Below the pieces are notes generated by a model. It was not told the DNA's origin, did no database searches, and saw only the letters and a list, made by a program, of their open reading frames with translations. Of a stretch of DNA of 50,205 nt, positions 34,545 to 41,346 are shown one piece after another. Made by a program: the position numbers and the translations under genes. The stretch's first letter is position 1; every line of letters starts with the position of its first letter. Source of the DNA: an uncultured Gammaproteobacteria bacterium (GTDB lineage Bacteria; Patescibacteriota; Patescibacteriia; Magasanikbacterales; GWA2-37-8). The DNA is taken from NCBI GenBank assembly GCA_964533715.1, contig CAZHNI010000003.1, positions 32,170-82,374 of the forward strand. Reading direction: 5' to 3'.

Positions 34545-34889
34545 CTAAAGCTTATGTATCATTTTTATATTGCCGGCATCAGTAACGCCATTTTTTCTAA
34601 AACCAAGTGATTGGTAGAATTTGATAAGGCGAGCAGATTTAGGGCATGGGTAATAGAAAAAATATGTATATTGCTTGGGGAATTTACAATAAAGTATGTA
34701 GCACGGCAATATCATCAACACCATTTTTAATCGCCAGCCGGTATGTAATGTTGATGGCCAATCACTGTCCATTGGTGGGAGCCGTGTATTCAAAAATTTT
34801 ACAAGGAAAACCACCAACCAAACACCATGCTCGTGCGATGGCCCAGCATTATTTTGATTCACTATTTTTGTTATTTGGGAAATAAGCAA
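34545..34889 (-). pseudogene. Probable degraded GNAT acetyltransferase remnant
   Basis: Only the C-terminus ('KSARLIKFYQSLGFRKNG') looks GNAT-like. A second frame reads 'LAIKNGVDDIAVLHTLL*'. The ORF overlaps the upstream gene by 41 nt. Confidence 0.3.
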
Positions 34890-35235
34890 ATATTGTTAAA
34901 ATAATGCCAAATAATATTAAAACTGTTTCAATTATCAATGGTAGCAAACCATTTTTAAAGTTATCTTGATATACTTGTGGAAAAAACATTCTACTCAATC
35001 CTAAAAACACACTAAACCATCCTAGCAACGTTATTATCAGTTGCCAACCTATAATCCATATATTGTGCCTTCTAACTATTGATAAACCGGCAATAAATAT
35101 TAGAACTCCAGACATATAAACTAATGGGACTATTTGTTGATCATATAAATTGGGATTCCATATTTTTAATTCTGAGGCAACCATCACAATTAATGTCGGT
35201 CCAATAATTCCTGCTAAAAATTTTGAATTTTCCAT
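34849..35235 (-). CDS. Hypothetical 4-TM membrane protein
   Basis: 128 aa with four hydrophobic helices. Confidence 0.5.
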   Translation of the reverse strand: MENSKFLAGIIGPTLIVMVASELKIWNPNLYDQQIVPLVYMSGVLIFIAGLSIVRRHNIWIIGWQLIITLLGWFSVFLGLSRMFFPQVYQDNFKNGLLPLIIETVLILFGIILTIFAYFPNNKNSESK

Positions 35236-35452
35236 AATTTTATCCTTGATAATTATTTAATGCTTGGCTTTCGCACAACTTCCTATAAACAAGTTTATTC
35301 AAAAATTGGCTTATTTATGCTAGTATATTAGCATAAACGTGTAATCAAAAGCAAGATTAAAGGTGCGTTTTTTGTTATAATTTTGCCCGCAAACGGGTCT
35401 TTTGTCACACTTTGCATCAATCAACAGTTATACATATCAAACAAGCCCCCTT

Positions 35453-35989
35453 ATGGAAGCAGCTCCCTCTGCCCAAGAACTCACTAAACTCATGACCCAG
35501 GCCAAGCATGGCGATAAACAGGCCTTTGCTTTGGTGTACCAAACTTGTTTTTTACCAGTGTACCGCTACATTTACCGTCGCGTGGGGCGCGCCAGCGATG
35601 CCGAAGATTTATCCCAAGCCGTTTTTATAAAGGTATATACTTCCGCATCTCAGTTTGTGGGGCAGGGCAAAAGCCCTCTCGCGTACCTTTTTACTATTGC
35701 TCGCAACAGTATCATCGATCAGTGGAAAAAAAATAACCGCCAGCCAGAAGTATCTTTGGAAACAAATGATAAAGATTTGTCCGCCGAAAACCAGCCAATT
35801 GCTGAAAAAACCGATGTTGACGCCGCCCTTGCCAAACTTTCTTTTGATCGGCAACAAGTTTTACGCCTTAAATTTTATGAAGGCTATTCCACTATAGAAA
35901 TTGCCGGCAAGTTAAACAAAACTACCGCGGCGATTCGACAAATACAGTGTCGCGCTCTCCAAGAGTTACGCGTATTATTGATTACATAA
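35453..35989 (+). CDS. ECF-type RNA polymerase sigma-70 family factor
   Basis: Region 2 'FALVYQTCFLPVYRYIYRRVGRASDAEDLSQAVFIK' and region 4 'LKFYEGYSTIEIAGKLNKTTAAIRQIQCRALQELR'. I chose the start at ATG 35453. Confidence 0.8.
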   Translation: MEAAPSAQELTKLMTQAKHGDKQAFALVYQTCFLPVYRYIYRRVGRASDAEDLSQAVFIKVYTSASQFVGQGKSPLAYLFTIARNSIIDQWKKNNRQPEVSLETNDKDLSAENQPIAEKTDVDAALAKLSFDRQQVLRLKFYEGYSTIEIAGKLNKTTAAIRQIQCRALQELRVLLIT

Positions 35990-35999
35990 CTATAAGTCG

Positions 36000-36138
36000 C
36001 GAAACGCCATTCCCCGCTTGGGCGGGGTAGGGGTGGGTGAGGTCGTTGAGTGGCCAATTGGCGGAGCTGTCTCACCCACCCCGGCTCGGTGTTATCTCGC
36101 CGCCCCGCCCAAGCGGGGAATTGCCAGAACGAGTTTCG
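36000..36138. repeat. Large GC-rich imperfect palindrome between the sigma and putative anti-sigma genes
   Basis: Outer arms cgaaac/gtttcg, 'ccattccccgcttgggcgggg' / 'ccccgcccaagcggggaattg', and inner arms 'ggggtgggtgag' / 'ctcacccacccc'. It shares 'ccccgcttg.gcgggg' with the element at 40301-40462. Confidence 0.7.
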
Positions 36139-36156
36139 TAATCGAAAATAAAAAAT

Positions 36157-37506
36157 ATGCCGTCAGAACAATTCGAAACCATTTTAGACGAAGCCTTAGC
36201 ACTTTTATCTAGCGGCAAACCAGCCGCGGAAATTGCGCGTATGTTCCCCGAGCACCAAACCGAGCTCGTGGAATTTTTGGAAACTGCGGCCAATTTAGAA
36301 ATGCACAAACAAGAGCAAAATCTTAAAGCAACATTTTCCAAAATTCTAGAAGCATTACCCGCTGTTTCTGTTGCTAAACAAAAAACATCTTTTTCTTTTA
36401 ACTCATTATTTACCAATATGGCCAAAATATTATTTTCGCGTCGTTTTGCCGCCGGGGCGCTGGGGGTGCTGCTGGTTGTTTATTCGGCTGGTTTTTTCAT
36501 ATACCAACAGGTGGTGGCTCCGCAACTTGTTGTTGCCACTGCCCCAGCTTCGCTAGGCGGGCCACAAGAATTTGGTCTAACAACAAGAACAGATTTAAAC
36601 GAAGCGTCTGTTAATCAAACAGCCCCCGGAGCGGTAGGGCAGGCCGAATATGTTGGTCTATCTGCCAAAGTAGACATGATGCCAGTTTACTACAACCCGC
36701 CCACCCCAAACGCCAACGATACGCGCGAATTTTTAAAAACCAACTATCGCGCCACACTTAAAACGCGCGATGTGGTAGAACTTGGTGGGCATGTGCAAAC
36801 GGTTATTCGTGGGTTTAAAGGCCGCGTGGATAGCGCCACACTAGATGAAAAATATGGTTATATTTCATTCGTAGTTCCAGAAAATAAATTTGATGAATTC
36901 AAAGCCGAACTCAAAAGTTTGGTTGGCAAGCGATTTTTTTCGCAAGGCGTAACAGTTGAAAATTTGTTGGGTCAAAAACAAAATATTGAGGACAACACCG
37001 CCAGCGTTACCACTGCCAAAAAAGATTTGGAAGCACAAAAAACCAAACTCACCACCTCACACAACGCCACTATCTATTCTCTCAACAAACAATTGGCCGA
37101 TGTGACCGCCCAAATTAAAGCGTATGATGAAGAAGTGAAAATAACGTCGGATAGTGTTCGCCTCGAACAAATTCGTAATTTACAAATTCCGCTGGCCACC
37201 GAACGCCTGCGCCTCCAAAAAGCAATCGCGTATGAAAATTCCGAGTTTGTCAGCCAGCGCAATTCACTTGATTGGCAAATAAAACAAACAAATAATCAGT
37301 TGTCCTCTCTTGCTAAAGAAGACAAAAATCTTATTGACAATGTCAACACCGTACAAGGTACCATCACCCTCACGTGGATTAGTATTCCCCAAATCATCGC
37401 ACTCTATGTGCCCATGCCGTGGTCGCCACTTGTTGTTGGGGTTATTATTTTGGGGTATTTAACATTAACAAGACACAAAAAGGTTGAAGTTCAGGAGGTG
37501 ATATAG
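36157..37506 (+). CDS. Putative anti-sigma/DUF4349-like membrane protein
   Basis: Position directly after the ECF sigma gene. One TM at ~aa 95-115, a beta/coiled-coil ectodomain ('YRATLKTRDVVELGGHVQTVIRGFKGRVDS') and a C-terminal TM pair, as in DUF4349. Confidence 0.55.
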   Translation: MPSEQFETILDEALALLSSGKPAAEIARMFPEHQTELVEFLETAANLEMHKQEQNLKATFSKILEALPAVSVAKQKTSFSFNSLFTNMAKILFSRRFAAGALGVLLVVYSAGFFIYQQVVAPQLVVATAPASLGGPQEFGLTTRTDLNEASVNQTAPGAVGQAEYVGLSAKVDMMPVYYNPPTPNANDTREFLKTNYRATLKTRDVVELGGHVQTVIRGFKGRVDSATLDEKYGYISFVVPENKFDEFKAELKSLVGKRFFSQGVTVENLLGQKQNIEDNTASVTTAKKDLEAQKTKLTTSHNATIYSLNKQLADVTAQIKAYDEEVKITSDSVRLEQIRNLQIPLATERLRLQKAIAYENSEFVSQRNSLDWQIKQTNNQLSSLAKEDKNLIDNVNTVQGTITLTWISIPQIIALYVPMPWSPLVVGVIILGYLTLTRHKKVEVQEVI

Positions 37507-37561
37507 AAAATGTTAAAACAAAAAAACGACCCTTTGTGGATCGTTTTTTTTGTATTGTAAT

Positions 37562-37786
37562 TTACATGCTTGTACCTCCACACATTTTGCAATCTTTTTT
37601 GTGCCCAAAGAGAAGTACCAACGCAGATAAACCAACCAACACATAGATGACGCGTGAAATGGCTGCTCCCTGACCGCCGAATAACATCCCTACGTCCCAT
37701 TTAAAAAGACCAACTAAAAGCCAATTGAGACCACCAATCACAAGTAACAAAAATGTTACCATATGAAGACCTTTGCCTTTCATCAT
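37562..37786 (-). CDS. DUF378-family small membrane protein with a C-terminal CKMC motif
   Basis: 'LLLVIGGLNWLLVGLF' is the DUF378 signature. Tail 'HKKDCKMCGGTSM'. Confidence 0.7.
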   Translation of the reverse strand: MMKGKGLHMVTFLLLVIGGLNWLLVGLFKWDVGMLFGGQGAAISRVIYVLVGLSALVLLFGHKKDCKMCGGTSM

Positions 37787-37883
37787 ATACCTATGTCACC
37801 CCCTTCCTTTTTTAGTTCAAGTATTTCGCCCAGATATTATACCAATAGGGCTGGCGAGGGTCTAGCAAATTGTCAAGAATCAG

Positions 37884-38020
37884 CATTCCTTAGGGCACCA
37901 GCGCCTGATGCGTTAAGGAATGCGCCCGGTAGAAGCCAAAGGCGTTCTACCGGGTTGTCCCAGCTGGCTCGGAGTGAGCCTTGACCCCGCACCAGTCTGC
38001 GCGCGGCAGACGATGCGGGG
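37884..38020 (-). other. Array of four GC-rich perfect hairpins in the 3' region of the high-GC ORF
   Basis: Stems cattcctta/taaggaatg (37884-37922), cccggtagaa/ttctaccggg (37925-37954), ggctc/gagcc (37966-37980), and ccccgc...gcgggg with inner gtctgc/gcagac (37985-38020). Confidence 0.6.
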
Positions 38021-38038
38021 CGGGCCTGACGCTGGGGA

Positions 38039-38398
38039 TCAGGTGCGTGGGCGGTTTATCTTCTCCCATTCGCCCCCCTTATATCCTTTGGGGAGAAACA
38101 GAATGGTGAGATAGTCTAGGTCCACACGAATCACTTCATCCGCCATCAAGCGGACGTCCGCCTTGGGTAGATATACCCAGAGCGGTTCGTTGGGTGTTTC
38201 CACCCAACGTTCTTTCCATCTAGCCAGCCACGCGAATTGCACTACGGCGAACCCCTTATTGTCGATCGAGATTCCCGCGACCTCCCCCTGACGGTCAGGG
38301 GTCTCTCTGTCGTACCCGTATAGGCTGCCAGGGATTATACGGACTACGACACACTGCCCACCTACATACCTCTTCATGTCTTTTTCTTGCAGGTACAT
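38039..38398 (-). CDS. High-GC foreign-looking protein (119 aa), function unknown
   Basis: SD-like GGGAGAG lies 4 nt upstream of the ATG. GC-rich coding sequence flanked by AT-rich DNA. Confidence 0.45.
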   Translation of the reverse strand: MYLQEKDMKRYVGGQCVVVRIIPGSLYGYDRETPDRQGEVAGISIDNKGFAVVQFAWLARWKERWVETPNEPLWVYLPKADVRLMADEVIRVDLDYLTILFLPKGYKGGEWEKINRPRT

Positions 38399-38546
38399 TT
38401 TACTCTCCCTCGGCAGCGTTAGTTGCTGCCTAAATAACCTATATCAAAAAATAGATACTAATGTAAACAAGTTTGCACAAAATAATAATTAATTTATTGT
38501 TATTTTAAACTAAAATTGTCTATTATAAATATTTTGTAAATTATAA

Positions 38547-38575
38547 TTGACACAGTTCTTGAATTGTATTATAAT
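38547..38575 (+). promoter_or_regulatory. Consensus promoter of TrmB-like paralogue 3 (leaderless)
   Basis: TTGACA, 17-nt spacer, TATAAT. ATG 38576 abuts the -10 element. ATG 38585 lies 9 nt after it. Confidence 0.6.
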
Positions 38576-38584
38576 ATGTCCGTT

Positions 38585-39376
38585 ATGCCAGAAACATTAA
38601 GCAATTTAGGGCTCGATGAATCAGAAGCCAAAATTTATGAGGCCCTGTTAGAATTAGGGCCAGCCACCGTCAGCCAAATCACCAGAAAAGCGGGCATTAC
38701 ACGCACTCTTGGCTACCACGTTTTGGAAAAACTTGGTTGGAAGGGCTTGGTTGACCGCGCTTCTGGCAAACAAAAAAAGATTATCTACACCGCGGAGCAT
38801 CCACAGCGATTGGTGCAATTTGTAAAAAGTCAGCGCTCCATGTGGGATCGGCGGATATCGCAAGTAGAAAGCAAGCTTCCCGAACTGGTGGCGTTATTTA
38901 GAGTAGCGGAGAAGCCGGTGGTGCGCTATCAAGAAGGAGTAGAAGGTGTAAAAAATATTTATAGCGAAACGCTAGAGGCAAAAAGCGAAATTCTTTCTAT
39001 CGCCGATATCGATGGTTGGATTAATCAGGAATCGCTGTATCGCTGGGGTCTGGATTATAACCGAGAACGCAGCCGCCGAAAAATTCACGAGCGGTTGCTC
39101 CTTTTGGATACCCCGCCCGGCCGCCGCTGGGCCGCACATAATCCCGGGTTACCCAAGTTTACCCACATTCGCTGGATTAAATTAGAAATGCTTCCCTGGC
39201 TTAAAGAATTTGGTGGCGAAATTAACATCTACGAAAACAAAGTAATGATGGTGCTATTAAAAAAACCAAATTTAATGGGTATAATGATAGAGAATTCGGC
39301 GTTGGCTAGTATCCTTAAAGGTTTATTTGAATTAGCCTGGACTGTTGCAACACCAATTAAAAAAAGAAAAGCATAA
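38585..39376 (+). CDS. TrmB-like winged-HTH transcriptional regulator (paralogue 3)
   Basis: 'LGLDESEAKIYEALLELGPATVSQITRKAGITRTLGYHVLEKLGWKGLV'. The start is set at ATG 38585 because of the promoter geometry. In-frame alternatives are 38576 and the track start 38564. Confidence 0.7.
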   Translation: MPETLSNLGLDESEAKIYEALLELGPATVSQITRKAGITRTLGYHVLEKLGWKGLVDRASGKQKKIIYTAEHPQRLVQFVKSQRSMWDRRISQVESKLPELVALFRVAEKPVVRYQEGVEGVKNIYSETLEAKSEILSIADIDGWINQESLYRWGLDYNRERSRRKIHERLLLLDTPPGRRWAAHNPGLPKFTHIRWIKLEMLPWLKEFGGEINIYENKVMMVLLKKPNLMGIMIENSALASILKGLFELAWTVATPIKKRKA

Positions 39377-39378
39377 GG

Positions 39379-39407
39379 CTTGCTAAAAACTTAATTTTAG
39401 CATATAA
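39379..39407 (+). promoter_or_regulatory. Sigma70-type promoter of the tRNA-Arg transcription unit
   Basis: TTGCTA, 17-nt spacer, TATAAT. Confidence 0.55.
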
Positions 39408-39430
39408 TGCGCCGTGTCCCTGGCGACAAC

Positions 39431-39451
39431 GCCCCCATAGTTCAACGGATA
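39431..39451 (+). other. Orphan duplicate of the 5' 21 nt of tRNA-Arg (acceptor plus D arm), not a functional tRNA
   Basis: 'gcccccatagttcaacggata' against 'gcccccatagtttaacggata' at 39517-39537 (20/21). No matching 3' acceptor strand. Two stable hairpins follow (39452-39474, 39476-39498). Confidence 0.6.
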
Positions 39452-39516
39452 CCATGAACCACAAGGGTTCATGGCCACGCACCCCTGTGGTGCATGGGAA
39501 CAAACCCCTAAGATTT

Positions 39517-39588
39517 GCCCCCATAGTTTAACGGATAAAACAACCCCGTCCTAAGGGGTGGATGTGCGTTCAATTCGTGCTGGGGGCA
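39517..39588 (+). tRNA. tRNA-Arg (anticodon CCU)
   Basis: Acceptor GCCCCCA/TGGGGGC, D arm GTTT-AACGGATA-AAAC, anticodon stem ACCCC/GGGGT, loop GTCCTAA, T loop TTCAATT, discriminator A. Confidence 0.85.
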
Positions 39589-39667
39589 CAGTAAGAGTTT
39601 ATAAAGTTTGTAAAGTTAAAAGTCACGACTTTATAGACTTTTGACTTTATAACATTCAACTAACAAC

Positions 39668-39738
39668 GGGCCTATGGTCTAGTGGTATGACGCAGCATTC
39701 GCATTGCTGAAGCCCGGGTCCGATTCCCGGTAGGTCCA
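39668..39738 (+). tRNA. tRNA-Ala (anticodon CGC)
   Basis: Acceptor GGGCCTA/TAGGTCC with G3:U70, anticodon stem CAGCA/TGCTG, loop TTCGCAT, T arm CCGGG-TCCGATT-CCCGG (C at position 55), A73. Confidence 0.8.
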
Positions 39739-39750
39739 CAATAATGTTTT

Positions 39751-40188
39751 ATGGGTATTGAACAAAAGGACACATACTTTGTTGCGGTAAAAGTTTTTTT
39801 GGAAAAAGACGGTAAATTATTAATTTTAAAGGACAACTTTGGGGATTGGGATCTGCCTGGTGGTAGGATAAAGAAAGATGAGTTTGAAGTTCCCATGGAC
39901 CAGATAATCAAAAGGAAAATGTCCGAAGAGCTAGGTAACGATGTTAAATATACAATTGGTAAGCCGGTAGTGTTTATGCGGCACCAAAGAACCGAACAAA
40001 GCGAAGGCAACCCTACCGTGAGGATATTTGCAGTTGGTTATGAAGGCTCGCTAGAGAGCGGTGTAATCAAACTCTCCGCAAGGCACCCGGAAATGCTTTG
40101 GGTTAATATAGTACATTTTGAGCCAGAGAGGTATTTTAAAGGCGGCTGGCTAAAAGGGGTTAAGGAATATTTAAACTGTCGAAACTAA
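39751..40188 (+). CDS. NUDIX hydrolase
   Basis: Nudix-box-like 'GGRIKKDEFEVPMDQIIKRKMSEELG'. 145 aa. Confidence 0.75.
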   Translation: MGIEQKDTYFVAVKVFLEKDGKLLILKDNFGDWDLPGGRIKKDEFEVPMDQIIKRKMSEELGNDVKYTIGKPVVFMRHQRTEQSEGNPTVRIFAVGYEGSLESGVIKLSARHPEMLWVNIVHFEPERYFKGGWLKGVKEYLNCRN

Positions 40189-40210
40189 AATCAGATACTC
40201 AAAATAAACA

Positions 40211-40238
40211 AAACTCCCCGTAACAGGGGAGTTTTGTT
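40211..40238 (+). terminator. Rho-independent terminator after the NUDIX gene
   Basis: Stem aaactcccc/ggggagttt followed by TTTTGTT. Confidence 0.65.
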
Positions 40239-40300
40239 AGAGTTTGTCAAGAGAGATGCGCTAGCGTGTGTCTGGAATGCTTTGAGTTACGAAACTCAAC

Positions 40301-40462
40301 TGTCATTCTGAGCCTGCCTCCTGCATGCGCCCTGCCTGCGCAGACAGGAGGCATGGCGCAGACAGGCGTAGCGAAGAATCTCTGTCTCAATTGGCCAACG
40401 TTGGCCAAGTTAAAAACCGGACAGAGATCCTTCACCCCGCTTGAGCGGGGTTCAGGATGACA
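40301..40462. repeat. Full-length MITE-like palindromic element (162 bp)
   Basis: Termini 'tgtcattctgagc' / 'ttcaggatgaca'. Internal 'ctcctgcatgcgcc...ggcatggcgcagacagg' is shared with 709-837. 'gtagcgaagaatctctgtc'/'gacagagatccttcac' form a sub-palindrome. Confidence 0.75.
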
Positions 40463-40590
40463 AAATGGGTGTTTCTTAATTTAAAGCTGGAATGCGCTAC
40501 CTTTTTTTGTAGATTAATGAGAATTAAAATTAGGTTTTAAGTTGGTGTATGTGGATAAAACAGTGTATAAGTGAGTCCATCTGTGTACAT

Positions 40591-40612
40591 TTGTATACAA
40601 TATTGTATACAA
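40591..40612. repeat. Perfect 22-bp palindrome ttgtatacaatattgtatacaa
   Basis: Self-complementary by inspection, and preceded by the related word tgtgtaca (40583-40590). Confidence 0.8.
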
Positions 40613-40619
40613 ACAACAT

Positions 40620-40650
40620 AAAATCTCCCGACTAGCATGAGGGAGATTTT
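40620..40650. terminator. Bidirectional terminator downstream of TrmB-like paralogue 4
   Basis: Stem aaaatctccc/gggagatttt. Confidence 0.6.
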
Positions 40651-40665
40651 ATGTTTCACGTGAAA

Positions 40666-41346
40666 CTATAGCAATTTTTGATTAATTAAATTAAAAACAA
40701 TTTTTAAACTATCGGCAATTTTTTTATTTTCAATAGTCACCCCCCACGGATTTGTATCCAGAGACAAGAAATAAATTGTGTTGTTAGTTATCAAAATTGG
40801 AGAGTAGGCAACATGCCCATTAATAGAATCTCCAAGCTGTTGGTCTGTATTTTTTAAATTGACCCCGCGCGAGCCAGCCTCCTTTATGTACCATTCTAGT
40901 ATAAGGGGGTGATTCTTTTTTAAAGATTCAATAAACCCAAAAGCATAGATATCATTAGTCAAGAGCGACTGGAGTAAAACATTCTGAACCCCAGAAAGAC
41001 CAGCATAATATCTAAATTTAGGAATATGTTTATTGCCAAAGGCAATCTCCCGTAACTGTGGCAAAACAAGCTCAACTGCATGTTTTTTTCTTTCTACATA
41101 TTTAACAATGCTTGCCGGCTCACTTGCTCGGTAAATTTTTTTAGATCCTGTATAAAGTTCTTCAACCAAGTTTTTAGAAACAAGCTCATTTAGGATGTTA
41201 TAGCAGTTTGTTCGAGCAATTTTTGTTTCACGTGAAACAATTGGAGGAGAGGATTCTCCGTTTTGGAGCAAAAAAAGATACACCGTAATTTCGGATTGAT
41301 TTAAACCAATTGTTTTAAGTTGGTTAGATATATCCATAAGTGTCAA
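40666..41346 (-). CDS. TrmB-like winged-HTH transcriptional regulator (paralogue 4)
   Basis: 'IGLNQSEITVYLFLLQNGESSPPIVSRETKIARTNCYNILNELVSKNLV'. Confidence 0.65.
   Translation of the reverse strand: MTLMDISNQLKTIGLNQSEITVYLFLLQNGESSPPIVSRETKIARTNCYNILNELVSKNLVEELYTGSKKIYRASEPASIVKYVERKKHAVELVLPQLREIAFGNKHIPKFRYYAGLSGVQNVLLQSLLTNDIYAFGFIESLKKNHPLILEWYIKEAGSRGVNLKNTDQQLGDSINGHVAYSPILITNNTIYFLSLDTNPWGVTIENKKIADSLKIVFNLINQKLL

Noticed and set aside
34700-34790. UGA-as-sense recoding (genetic code 25/4) to rescue the interrupted GNAT-like frame
   Set aside because: TGA clearly terminates well-supported genes here, such as yidD at 12261-12263. Conserved genes end at expected lengths with standard stops.
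25281-38425. Explaining the three GC-rich islets as assembly chimeras
   Set aside because: This cannot be excluded without reads. However, each islet is only about 0.4-0.6 kb and is flanked on both sides by native-looking AT-rich sequence and intact native genes. Three such internal chimeras in one contig would be unusual. I keep it as a caveat rather than the main explanation.
39431-39516. A second complete tRNA (or intron-containing tRNA) upstream of tRNA-Arg
   Set aside because: Only the first 21 nt are tRNA-like. There is no complementary 3' acceptor strand, and the putative anticodon loop lacks U33. It is treated as a duplicated fragment.
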